DNA of 64,000 bases, from assembly GCA_964252035.1 (NCBI GenBank), contig OZ176203.1; one strand, given 5' to 3'. Every line of letters begins with the position of its first letter. Within the stretch, counting starts at the first letter, position 1. Source of the stretch: Podarcis erhardii. Its lineage: Eukaryota. The translations under genes were made by a program, and so were the position numbers. Shown one piece after another: positions 51,084 through 63,880 of this stretch. The notes under the pieces are model-generated. The model ran no database searches, was not told the origin of the DNA, and saw only the letters and a list, made by a program, of their open reading frames with translations.

Positions 51084-52228
51084 CACACTTGCAGAATATG
51101 ATTTGTTCTTAACATCTTAAGCAATTAGAGCCTGTTAGGATCTGGTATCACTTGGGAGACAATTGTGAGTCATGGTCACTTGCTTTCAGTTGTTTTCCCT
51201 ACATCGGAGGTGAGGAACCTCTTCCCCAGGACTAATAAGGTCAGTCAGTGCAGCTCCCCATATAATAAGGGAACAGCAAATATCATGGGTTGTCTCCACC
51301 AGTGATTTTTCCTTGTAGTGTAATGTATAGAAAGTGGAGTTTCCACCATGCCACCTTAACTACTACAGCTGTTCATGCCACATCCTACACCATTTCAGAG
51401 GGTCTCTCAACTCTCATGAAAAGTTTTCAGGAGACACCAGAAACTGCAATGGGTAGAGAAAAACAGGGAAAAACATGTTTTGTGAGTGCGAGCATAGCAG
51501 CACTCTCTGTTTAAAAAATGATTGATATGTATTCCACCCCCCCCAAGTTATACATATATATTTATCCCATCTATAATATACTTGGGTGAATAATAATCTT
51601 TAATTATTATTGTGATATTATTTTATATGGTGCAACTCTCCAAAGGTGAAAAAGGTGTTGAATCCTATCAGCTGCCACATTAAATAAATTGAAGGCTAGC
51701 ACTCCACCCTGTACTGGCTCATTGTCAGCTTTGCCATTCATTCTGGGCAAGGTTGCTTTATTAACAAAGTCAATTCCAAATGTTTGTACACTTCTAAAAA
51801 TGATTTTGGTCAATCACCTGCTCTTTTTTTCTTAGGTCACTGTGCTTGCATTATCACATTCAATTAGATTAGAGTGCATGATAAATGGGCAGGGAACACA
51901 TTTCATCAAGTTAACGTTATAATGCACGATTGGCTCTTAGTCAAAAGTGCAACTTCTTTTAGTATGATATGGCAGTTTAAGAAGAGCCAAGCTTGATACC
52001 ATATTTTCAAGCAAAGCGGGCGATCGTGCTTAAGGCTTTCAGTAATGGGCAACCTCTCCCACCAACCTTGGCTTGTGATTTTGCTCCACTAACTGAGCTA
52101 TTTTCCTAAAAGGTTGGCAAATAGCTTGGCTGTCTCCAAGCCCAGTTAGAAATCTCAGAACCTGTTGCACTTCTGATGGCAGATACCTTTGGGAGTGAAA
52201 TAGATCTGAATCCCTACCCCAACCCTGA

Positions 52229-52298
52229 AATCATTTTTGCTCAATGTCGGGCTCAAACCCATGACCCTCAAATTAAGAGTCTAATGTTCTACCAACTG
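52229..52298 (-). mobile_element. tRNA-Lys-like SINE head fragment
   Basis: gggctcaaacccatgaccctcaaattaagagtctaatgttctaccaactgagctat, same head as 2811-2943. Confidence 0.65.
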
Positions 52299-52412
52299 AG
52301 CTATCCTGGCAGAGGCTCAGAGGGGATGGAAGCAGACTTGAATGGACACTAAGCCAAATTTGGCAATACCCTGGACCCATCTTGATCCCAACCAAATATT
52401 GTGGTCATAGTA

Positions 52413-52783
52413 AAGGTAAAGGGACCCCTGACCATTAGGTCTAGTCGTGGCCGACTGTGGGGTTGCAGCGCTCATCTCTCTTTATTGGCCGAGGGAGCTG
52501 GCATACAGCTTCTGGGTCATGTGACCAGCATGACTAAGCTGCTTCTGGCGAACCAGAGCAGCACACGGAAACGCCGTTTACCTTCCCGCTGGAGTGGTAC
52601 CTATTTATCTACTTGCACTTTGACGTGCTTTCGAACTGCTAGGTTGGCAAAAGCAGGGACCGAGCAATGGGAGCTCACCACATTGTGGGGATTCGAACCG
52701 CCAACCTTCTGATCAGAAAGTCCTAGGCTCTGTGGTTTAACCCATAGCACCACCTGCGTCCCTTTTTCACCTGCGTCCCTTTT
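52413..52783 (-). mobile_element. Full-length Sauria SINE with 11 bp TSD and duplicated 5' end
   Basis: TSD tggtcatagta at 52402-52412 and 52784-52794. taaaggtaaagg tail. The 17 bp unit cacctgcgtcccttttt occurs twice at 52751-52784. Confidence 0.93.
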
Positions 52784-55700
52784 TGGTCATAGTAGATAAA
52801 CTGTAATAAGTTCTGCCATGGAAATAATCATCATGATGCCTCGGAGGTAAAGAAACACAAGCAGAGTTCTGCTCATACTGTGGCAATTTCCTACCTTCTT
52901 CCCGTTACTGCCACTTACATGCAAGAGGTATTATCACAATTCAAAGATATATTGCAGCCATTCAAAAGCTCTTGAGAAGGGTACAGTGCAGAGATGGTAA
53001 GAAGTACAGCCTGAGGAGAAGGCATAATATGAGAAGCAGATAAGGAAGGCCTGGAGAGCTGTATTTGGCCCTCAAGCCTGAGGTTCACCATGCCTGATTT
53101 AGGTAAATGAATAGCATTAAATGTCTATATATCCTAAATTCTTCAGTGGATTTGAACTTGAAGAAAAGAATATTCAGCACCTGGGTATCTACTTTAAAAG
53201 AAAATAGCAGTTATTATGGGATGACTAATGCATTTTTATCTGGATATCATCTTCCTAACTAGGATTTTGTGGAGTTAAGATTCCATAATGTCACTGTGCT
53301 GTTTCCAGTCTAAGAAAACGCTATGGACAGTAGGGGTTATGCCATGTATTATAAGGCTCTGAGTAAGCTGTTTTATCTCTCCATTTCATTGGCACAAGAG
53401 TAATGGACACAGAGATGTCTTCAGAGGCTGAAAAGACCTTCTTTGACGTGATTCATATTCCAGAGAGGATTTGGAAGTGAGCTTTGGGATAGGCACATGT
53501 TGCCGAAGTATATCAAAAAGAAACTAGCTTTGAAGAGAACTCATTGAGCAGTAAAAAGATGTTTCCTTGTGAAAGGTCTTATTCATGGTGACAGAGCTGA
53601 TGTTTTACTTTAAGCTTAGCCCTTCAGAGACTTCCTATGATAATGCACACAAGTCTCTGCTGACAATTTGAATGTTGCTTATCTCCCCTGTACCGTATTA
53701 CACTTTACTTAAAACAGAATCATGTTCTACTATGCTCTAAAGAGTACTACACTAGATACACAGTGGAATATCCCATACTCTGATGTTTGTATTTTGTGCA
53801 GTGCGGGGCCCTGATTGACTCCAGTTACAAAAGCTAAGGTTGTTGAAAAGGCCAGAGAACACCTTGGCTGTCTCTTACTGCAGACCCAGATCATCAAGCC
53901 TGAGCTTCCACAACCATCATCATCCATAAACCATCATTGGCAGGTATGGCAGCAACAGCAGTAGATATGTTCTATGCTCATGATAATATTCTATCCTCTT
54001 GGTAATTATGCTGATAGAAATGTGTGTTCCTTTAGTAATGTTTTCTTTTTAAATCTTTGACATAATATTTTAGCTTCCTGTTAATTATGTTTCTTTGAAT
54101 GTATGCTTTATATTTGACTTTCTTCTGTATTTTTTTTTGAGGGGTTGTTTTATTTGATGCTTAAATGTAGGCTGCAAATGGCTTTGAGATATTTGAGATA
54201 TAAAGTGGTATAGAAATGAAATCAAAAATAACATCCATCCCCAAAGTACATCAGAAGGGAAAGTTCCTTATTTGATTTCAATAGGCCTTACTCCGAGATA
54301 CGTTTTATATTAATTGAGCTTCAGCGTGTTATGGAGAAGAACTAAGGAACTGACTTGTAATCTTGTAGAAACAAATATGAAGAAGAAAACTATTTTTTAA
54401 ATACTGATATATTTTAAAAAGCTCTATTAATATAAAATATTTTTGCACTATATTTAAAGCAATTGTTTCTCAGTTGAATCTACATTAAAAATAAATAAAT
54501 TATGGGGGCCCAGAGTTACAGTAAAGAACTCAGGTTTCCATCAATTGGGGGGGGATCCCCATATGTGTTCTACTATAATTTCAAATATTACCTAATAGAT
54601 GGGCTGTGTGAAATAGTTGTAATAGATAAGCTCCTCATAAACACATTGGCCATTTACTTAACAACTGATAAATTTGTCCCTTCATAATTATACTCTCAAT
54701 TGATCACATGGGCCATAAATGGGTGATGTTTTGTAGTAGCAGTAAATTACATTGTTAAAAAGGGAGACTTGCCAGTAAACATTTGATTTATATTTAAAGC
54801 ATATGTCTACAAGAGGAATTCTACTTTCATTTATGTTTTCTCAGCCATACACTATGGCTAGACTTTTGATTTCCATAAATTGCTGGACTGTCACTCCCAT
54901 CATTCCTGACCATGAGCCATGATGCTGGTGCTGATATGTCCAACAAACCACCCCTGGCCTAGTTAAACCTCTTTCCCCTAATAATGGGAGCAACTTCGGA
55001 CCTCAAGCATACTGCATGTTCCTAGGTCATGTTCTTTCCCCATTATTTCACATTGCCTCATTGCCTGAATATTATACTTTCTACCCAGACTCTTACCCAA
55101 TTGCTTTTTCACCCCGCCTGATCACACCAAAAAATATGAAGGACTCATTAGATGCTTCCTTGTTGAACTGGGCACCCACAGCTTCTGTAGAAATTGACAA
55201 ATATTCCTCAGTTTTCCTTTTCACAACACCAGCTTTATTTATGCCGCCACCACTTTACTGCATTTGTTCCTGTGGTTTTTACTTGTTGCCTACCTTGGCA
55301 TCCCCCCCTTTAAAACTCTGATTCATGAGTCAAGAGAGTTTCTATGGCAACAAACCTATTATTGTTTGGTGGTTGCATCTTGTAATTTTACCAGAACAGT
55401 AGCAATAAGATTTAATATTTAAAGCAAGAGGGGGACAACTCATTTTTGGTGTTGGAGTAATTTGTAGGAGGAGAATTTGATAAGATTGGGAAACTGATTA
55501 TGCCTTAAGTATAAAAATATTTTTGATGGCAAGGGTAATAGCCCAAAAGCCTTGTCAAATATTCAAGAGAACTGCATGGCAGGAATGCAAAACAATTTTA
55601 ACAAAGCAAAGGAAAACTTGATTTAATGCCAGGAGTCACAGTTGGGAAGCTCTGATCTTCACTGCCCAAATCAAAATCCTCTATTTTTATTTACTCTTAT

Positions 55701-56489
55701 CAGCAGTACTTTTTATTGCATTCAACACTATTTGCCTCCACTGCTATTAAGACACCTTAGCTTGAACTGATTCATTTTTTTCCAGGTCTGCACCACTTGC
55801 CTTGACCCCAAAATAATTACTTCAGCAAGATTGTTGTATTAATTTCTCATATGGTAAAGTCATAAAGAAGTAACTTCTACTGAATACTCTTTGGGTGGTA
55901 ATGTGCAAACTAAAGATGCGAGGAATATGCCTGAGAAGGGTCTCCATTCTTACTAAAATTCCTTTAGTTTCTCCCCCCAAAGGACTTCAGAATAGGTTTC
56001 TTTTGACCAGGAACTTCCCAATGTGCCTCAAAAATTCACTATGGCAAAAATTTAGTGAGAACTTTGGTCCCAAGTCTTATCAACTTTGCCTGCTTCATGG
56101 AGAGTTGATTCAACAGCTCTGGACTCCGTGTAAGACACTCCCTGCTACAGTAGTAAGAGATGCATGATGTCCATAATATAGCTTGGCTAATAACCGGCGC
56201 TCACTTTTTCTTTGGGTAAGAGGTAAGGTAGGAATGTTCAGAACTTTCTAGTGTGACGCATCAATGAACTGGCTGTAAGAGTTCATTGATTTAAGAGTTA
56301 AGCAACCAAAGCAGTGTAGGTAAACTTACTTTAAATGCATGTTTATTCCAGGAAATATTGGACTTCAAGCTCATTTGGTGGCTTTGGCCACATCATTATA
56401 TCCTATACTGCATTTCTAAGCATTTCTACTTTGAAGTAAGCCCCAAAGACTTCAATGGAACTCACTCACTAGTAAGTGTATAAGAGCAG

Positions 56490-56617
56490 TGCATCCACAG
56501 TCTAGCAGTAGAATACCAGTTGCTGTGGATCATGTCCCACTTCTCCCATAGGTATCTGGTTGGCCACAGTGAGAATGCTGGAGTAGGTTGTCATTTGGTC
56601 TGATCCAGCCGGGCTCC
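56490..56617 (+). mobile_element. Degraded LINE/SINE (CR1-type) 3' tail
   Basis: ggtatctggttggccacagtgagaatgctgga...ttggtctgatccagccgggctc. Confidence 0.5.
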
Positions 56618-57976
56618 ACTTGTGTTCACATATTCTCCTACTCCCAGGGTTTTGTGAAGATAAAAGAGACAACCTCTTGTGTGCTCCCGTTGGCCATCCA
56701 GATGTTGATGAAGTACAACTCCCAATATCCTTGGCCATTCGCCATGCCTGCAGGGGCTGACGACCATCCAGAGGACCAAAAGTTCCCCACATCTGTTTTC
56801 CTTGAATGCAGATAAGACAAGCAAGTTGCTTAAATGAAGCTAAGACAAGATAAAAAGCTGCAACTTATCAGTGAGTGCCTTCCGAAATAATTCTTAAGAT
56901 AAATATCTAAGAGTTGGCTAAACCATAAGAGAAGATATTGATATATTTGTTTTATTTCATTTTCCCACCTCTATGTTTTAAGTTAAGGTGGAAGGTCCAT
57001 TGTCAGTGACATGGATATCTATAAAATGTTGCTGGTTCATATTAAATTTTTAACAAGATAAGTGCAATTATTTAAAATTTCATTGCAAATGAATCAGAAT
57101 TCTCCACAGAAGACAAGGTTTGGAACAGTATATTGTGTGTGGTGGGTGGGGGATAGGGCGGGCGGTTTTGAATCATAAGCCAGGTTCTTACATTCAAGCT
57201 TTCATTTTCTCTTTGGGACTCTGGAAATTGCCTGTTTTCAAAATTGTCTCGCATTAAGTACACCCAGAACTCATGTGTTTTTTTGGTTGTTTTTTTTTTT
57301 AAAAAAAAATGATTTATTTTCCTTCTCGTCTCTGTGCACAAGAGAAGCATACAAAGAAAAAGATTAAAATAAAGCAAGTCCTATCCGAATGGTCCATAGG
57401 GATATAGATAGTTCAGGCTGGAAGTTATGCAAGTCTCTGACTAGACAATAAATAAGGATAAAAAAGTAGGGATGAGGGGAAAGAACGTAGTAGAATGATA
57501 TACAAAGAAATATATTCAGTACTAAGGTTAAACCCATAAGGGAGAAAGGCAAGCAAACATTTCTGTTTGCTACAAGGCTCTTTCAGACTAGTAATAAAGC
57601 ATGGAATTCTGGGCCCTCTTGACTGCAGAGAAAAGCTGAAGGGTTGAGTGTGCTAATAGCTGAAGGATTATTCTTTAAAAAATACATGTTTTCCTGTCCC
57701 CTTCTCTTTTGGCCTGTATTTAGATACCAGAGAGTTAGTCTGGTATCCTTATGTTGTTGAGCTCATCAACACCCATTTTGGGAAAGTATTGGAGCTGAAA
57801 GTGGTGTACATGGTTCACCCCCTCCATTTTATTCATGTGACGTAGGTCGGGCTGAGAAATGTTGAGTGAAATTGAGTGAGCCTTTATCTCTGCAATCCTA
57901 GTCCAATTCCAACAATGGCCCCACTACACCACACCGGTATGCCAATGTTCTCTGCATACAACTTTTGGGGACCATA

Positions 57977-58325
57977 TATTGAGAAGATAGCAAGATCAAG
58001 GCAGAAAGCAAGGCCAGGTACAAGGGTTTAAAGCAAGTTTCATGTATTTAGACCCTCACCTCCATAGGCTTCGGACAGCCCCCCCCCTCGGAATCCTTTA
58101 TCGGACTACCCTTCAATATGCGGGGGAGGTGATGGCGCTTCCTCCCCCCTTCCATCTACATAACAATACCCATCCCCTGCCGCGCTGGCATTAAATAGTG
58201 CAGGCCACACTCCCTGGGCCAGCCAGTTGGCTGGCCAGGGGATGACGCAGCCGATGATTCCCCTAATCGCGTGGAGGCTGAAAGCCAGCCCCCGCGTGCA
58301 TGGTGGGAGTGTGAAGCCCGCAACA
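57977..58325 (-). mobile_element. Short LTR-like element related to the two ERV-like LTRs; left boundary uncertain
   Basis: The minus strand starts tgttgcggg, has tatttaa, and carries the shared motif gaagggtagtccgataaaggattcc (58090-58114). Confidence 0.55.
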
Positions 58326-58896
58326 CCACCTCCTCCCTAGGTTGGAAGTGGCTTTACAAATAACAAATACCCAGGAGGCAACAGTCCAGAATTCCCCATG
58401 TCCTTAGAACTTATTTTTAAACAGTATAGCATGTGGAAGATGACAAGCAGAGCAGAAGGGTAGTAATCAAATCCCCCTAAAAGAGGGTACCCTGTACTCC
58501 TTTTTTAGACTGACCTTTTTGCCTTTGAATTTGCCTGTTGAATTTCCCTTTGGCAGTTTTAACTAAAATAACCCTGGTGAATAATCTCATTCCAGTATGT
58601 GTCCTCCTGAACTCCACCTTGAAATAAAATGAGAAATTAATTTGAAATGATTCAGTACATTAAGGCTCAAAAAGAACCGACTGCAATGAAACAACTGTTA
58701 GTTTAGTCAAATCTAAGTTTAAAAGATTAAACCAAGTCAACATCTGTACTATGGAATAAACAGCTGTGAGTTTACCAGTTACAAAGCCTGGTACCCATCT
58801 TTTTGTATGTTGAGAAGGGAAAGCAGAAATATGTGACAGTCCATGACTCAGTTCACAAAAACTATACTAAGAGCCAAAGTGGCATAACAGTTAGAG

Positions 58897-59032
58897 CAGG
58901 CTTCCTCAACCTCAGCCTTCCAGATGTTTTTGGCCTACAATTCCCATTATCCCTAGCTAGCAGGACCAGTGGTCGGGGATGATGGGAATTGTAGACTCAA
59001 AACATCTGGAGGGCTGTGTTTGAGGAAGCCTG
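58897..59032. mobile_element. hAT-type palindromic MITE nested in the SINE
   Basis: caggcttcctcaa...ttgaggaagcctg. TSD agttagag / aattagaa (6/8). Confidence 0.85.
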
Positions 59033-59103
59033 AATTAGAATACTGGACTATGACCTGGGCAGCCAGGGTTCAAATTCTCACTCAACCCATGAAGCTTGCT
59101 GGG

Positions 59104-59496
59104 TGTCAGGGAACTGCCATCGGAGAAAGAGGTGGTGGATAAGTTCCATGAGAATAGGAGAGAATCTGCGGCAGAAGGAACCAGCAGGGGGAGTGCAGGA
59201 GTCACAGCGGAGGGGAGGCTCTGGGATACTTCCAGTGACGACAGCGAAGAGGTAACAAGACCCCCGTTAGGAACTCCCACCCTGCGCCGGAAACTGTCAC
59301 GCAGAGAGTCACGAAAGCGCATGTCTGTCAAACAGCTTTTATGTTGGCGTAGGTTCCGTAGACGCCCACTGTCAGATTCTACCAGCGACTAACGGAGTCA
59401 TGCTTTGGGGAGCTCCGTTAGTGCCTAGGTTGGGATGACCAGCCAAACCCCAGAGGGATCAAGCTTTACGCACAAGCAGCTCATTATCCCATCACA
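59104..59496 (+). mobile_element. Solo LTR (Gypsy/Ty3-like ends), 393 bp, nested in the SINE
   Basis: TG...CA ends (tgtcaggga...tcccatcaca) and a perfect 5 bp TSD ctggg at 59099-59103 and 59497-59501. Orientation is inferred from the ORF only. Confidence 0.88.
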
Positions 59497-59630
59497 CTGG
59501 GTGACCTTGGGCCAGTCACCATCTTTTAGCCTATCTTACCTCACAGGGTTTTTGTAAGGATGAAATGGGGAGAAGAACCATATTTACCAGCTTGAGCGCC
59601 TTGGAAAATCAAGGTGGCATATAAATGGAA

Positions 59631-59669
<39 letters not shown>

Positions 59670-61076
59670 ATATTTACATGCTTTTCGTTGGTGTTGTTTG
59701 CAGTTGAATATTCTCAAATAAATCTCAAAGAGTTGGCTCACAATTTAACATTAATTTCAGCCCAATGTCTTCTTCAGATATACTATACAGATAAATATTG
59801 TTGAGCATGGATGAGGGCAGAACATGGGGAAAGAGTCCTCCAGATTTCCTATTTAAAGGAACAAGGGACTTAATCAGCCTCAACAGAACTGTAGAAGGTC
59901 TGGAATTCTGATGGTACTCACCTAATCCTCTCTCCCAGACCCCCCAAAATCAAACCATCATATATTAAAAGTGAATAGGAGCTTGCTTATAAATTTCATA
60001 TTGGAAGTATGATTTACTTCAATATATTTTAGATGACACAGGGTGCTTTTAAGTTCATGCAAACTGAAATGAGCATTTTTTAAAGAGTTGGATAAAGCAG
60101 CAGAGCCTAAACTCCAGCTAGAACAGGGGTGTGAAACCGTAGTCTTGGAGCCAAATGAGGCCCTCCAAGCCTTTCTATCTATCCATCAGAACTGACACCT
60201 GACCACAAAGCCATATCCCTCATTGGGTCTGCTTTTGCATGACCAGAATGTGCCACTGAACTGTGTTAATGCCCGTTTCTTGCCAGATGCGGCTAGGATG
60301 TTTAGAAACCTCTGGTGTACAAAAGTAAGGGTGGCATCCATTGCTCCACCAACTCCTGCCCCCCCCCCAGAAGGTTGTGTATGAGAGAATTTGGCAATGG
60401 TTGGTGGTGGAGCAACTACACAAGGGGGTTTGTAGGATCCAAGCCCCTGTTTTCCCTTGGAGCTAGGGGAAGCCAAGTGGCCACTCAATGTGCAAAGTCA
60501 AAGTAAGCAGTGTGAAACTGCAGAGGATAGGTGACCTTCCAAGTCTTTCCAGTTGCAATATGCATATTCCCAGCAGGGACCATGATGCCAGTCTAAGATC
60601 ATTAACATGCAGTCCCAAGACACCATGGAGTTCATCCTTCTTAGTGTCAGATGGGAAACATTATCTAGTTTTAAATTAGCAACTGATAATACGCACCCAT
60701 GTCATTAGTGAGATTTATACCAGATATAGTACTTCCCAATGGCTTATGTGATGAAGGTTTGAGTCAGTGGTTATTTGTGTAAGCACTGCGGTGCACATCC
60801 TGTTGCCAGCTAACACAAGACATTTGAACCAGAGTCTCCCTATCTGCATAAACAGACTAGCAATTGATTGGTATACCTGTGCCTATGATTTTGTGCACAT
60901 CTGAATATGCCTGCATTCTTCCTTCTTCTGGTTTTGTTTCTGTGCCCTTTCTGTCTGGGAAATGACTTGGATCAATAATGCTTACAGTCACTTGCACATT
61001 GACTTTGCATCCATCATCTTGGGCCAATATTTGAAAAAAGTTCTGCCAAGAATCTTAGCTCATGGCACAGGTAGCT

Positions 61077-61215
61077 NNNNNNNNNNNNNNNNNNNNNNNN
61101 NNNNNNNNNNNNNNNNNNNNNNNNNNNNNNNNNNNNNNNNNNNNNNNNNNNNNNNNNNNNNNNNNNNNNNNNNNNNNNNNNNNNNNNNNNNNNNNNNNNN
61201 NNNNNNNNNNNNNNN
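61077..61215. other. Assembly gap (N run)
   Basis: N run. Confidence 0.98.
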
Positions 61216-61440
61216 ACATATGCTTCAGGTTACATACACTTCAGGTTACAGACTCCGCTAACCCAGAAATAGTGCTTCAGGTTAAGAACTTTGCTTCAGG
61301 ATAAGAACAGAAATCATGCTCTGGCAGCGCGGCGGCAGCAGGAGGCCCCATTAGCTAAAGTGGTGCTTCAGGTTAAGAACAATTTCAGGTTAAGAACGGA
61401 CCTCCGGAACGAATTAAGTACTTAACCCGAGGCACCACTG
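61216..61440. mobile_element. Tigger/pogo-like MITE, copy 4 (left end in the gap)
   Basis: Body nearly identical to 35648-35873. Right TIR taacccgaggcaccactg followed by TA. Confidence 0.9.
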
Positions 61441-61544
61441 TATAACCCACAATTTTTATGCAAGGCCTTAGGGTCTTAGTTTTTTAAATGTTTTTTTTTT
61501 GGGGGGGAGGGGAGCCAGGACACCAACACTATCACACAAGATAA

Positions 61545-61820
61545 AATGCAGCAAGGCATTTTCCAGGCTCTCTGTTTGTGGAATGCTCTGCTCACCTGGC
61601 GCCATCTTTACATGACTTCAGATGCCAGGCAAAAAGCATTCCTTTTTAACCAGGCTTTTTGCTTTTAACTATTTATGGCCTTTTATGGCGTGGTTTATTC
61701 CACCACCTCCATCTTCTCTATGCATGTATTATTATTATTATTGTACATTGCTTTGTAAGTCGCTTTGAGTTGCCATGGCAAAAAGTGTCTAATAAATTTA
61801 ATAAATAATAATAATAATAG
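61545..61820 (+). mobile_element. Degraded L2 3' end fragments
   Basis: gtggaatgctctg...ggcaaaaagcattcctttttaaccaggc and tgtaagtcgctttgag...aataaat tail. Confidence 0.5.
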
Positions 61821-63836
61821 TAAGCTAACACAAAAATAGAAATAATGGTTATGTGTAACATCTTCATCCAATATAACTTTCCTCTTTAACACCTTTCCTA
61901 AGCCTTTTACTACTCCTTCTCACTCTCCTCTAATATCTCTGGCTGAAATCGTTCCTCTAACTTTTCTAGCTTTGCTCCACTCTCCCATTGCTTGAACTGA
62001 CTCTCTTCCTCACTCCAAGTCTATTCATGATTCCATCGGACTCTCCTGTTGTCAATCATTTCTCCACTCAGTCTTCTGTTACAGCTGTGATCTGCATTTC
62101 TTTCCCTCAAACTATTTGGTATTTTGAGGGAGGGAGGAACATATGCATGTGCAAAGGGAAGGCATCTTTCAGGAAAACAAGCCAGGTACTTCTCTTTTAT
62201 GACAGACTGTTGCTAGGCATGTGTTGATATGGTCCAGTAGTTTTCACTATTAAACTTCAAGGAAACCAGCTCCCCCCACCCCTTTCCATATACCAGTAAA
62301 TGGAAAAATAACACTAAATCTTCTTGGCAATTGCTTCTCTATCTCTTGGCAGGCAGGTAGCTGCAGTTTGGACAACTTTATGTATGGTGAACCCAGATGA
62401 TGCCCCACTGACTCTTCCAAGTTAATCACACAATTTGTCAAAGAAAGCTGTGTTTGTAAAGATAAACAGAGATAAATAAAACCTTTAAAGACATGTAAAG
62501 TCTTTCCTGGTGCACCATGCCCCTTACTGGTGATGTAATATAACATTATGCACTGGTATCAGCTGAATGATCAAGATAGATTTGCCTACAGATCACTTCA
62601 CTTTGTCTACACTTTTTTTGCCAGTTACTTGTGGGGATCTAAACTAAGCAACACCTTCTCCCTTTAAGTAATAATATCCTTTGCTCATAACCCTCTTTCA
62701 ACCCTACTATTTATCTTGTATTTGGTAAATTTAAAACGTCCAACTTCTTTGCTAGCAGTAACCCGCTGCTCTACAATTGGTGGTTCAGGATTTCAAATAA
62801 ATAAGCAATATATAAGCACTTTCTTCTTTTCATGGGTTTCTCATAAATCTTGTGGACTAAGGAAGCTAAGTAGGTTGTTTTATCAGTTTTAATTTTATAT
62901 TTTATTTAAATGTTTGAAGATGAAATCCTATGTACACACATCCCAGGGAATAAGGGTAGCTGAATTCAATTGGACTTAATTTTGAGCAGACATGATTTAT
63001 TCATTTATTTTGTTTAAACCATTCCTACCCACCCCCATGCTTCAGCTAAAAATGCTCCCAGAGTATGCTACATATGATCCATAAAAACAAGACATCTGTT
63101 CTGGTAGACATGGGGGAGAAATTTGTTCATATTTCAGTGCAGACTTACCAGAATTATGTAACCTGAACCGATCCATAAGAAGAAACACAGACATGTGTAC
63201 ACATTTTCATTCTGATCCTTTAATAATTATTTTGTTTTATTGTAAAAGTATGCAGAAATAGGGTGAAGACTGGAAAAATGAGAAAAGTAAGAGAAACAGA
63301 AATCATCGGATTCCTCTACCCCTAGTTTTGGGTGATAGCTGTTGTGTTGCAGTATAGAGATCAGTCACCTTCCTGCATATTATACTGTCTTTAAGGTGAT
63401 TTCCAAGTGGCCAGCTTTTAAATACATGTATAGGATTGCATATATCATTTTTTTGCATTTCTGAATTTCTGTGTTGCCATTTTATGATTTTGACCTTGGT
63501 GGGTTTTGTTTCATCTTATTCTTTTAATGTAAAATTGTGACATCTTTGTAAGCCACTCTGGGACCATTTGGTGAAAGGCAGGCTAAAGGTACTTTTTTTA
63601 AAAAAAACACCCAGATAGATTGATAGATTTGGATCCAGGGTAACTTAAGACCCTTTGATTTCAATCAATCTACTCTAAACAAACTAACTAATTGTTATTG
63701 GTCCAACTCTTTGGGTAGGGGTTCTTTCTAGCCATCTAAATACGCGTCAAAATACAAACACATAAATCAAGGTCTACACAAAACGAGTGAATAGCATGGC
63801 AAAATGTAAATTCCCTGACCAAATATATTTTTATCT

Positions 63837-63837
<1 letters not shown>

Positions 63838-63880
<43 letters not shown>

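Larger units (their letters stand above)
58870..59669 (+). mobile_element. tRNA-derived MIR-like SINE hosting two nested insertions, with (TAAC)n tail
   Basis: gagccaaagtggcataacagttagag (A box)...ggttcaaattctc (B box)...catgaagcttgctggg|tgaccttgggccagtcac...cttacctcacagggtt. The reading is continuous once the inserts are removed. Confidence 0.8.
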
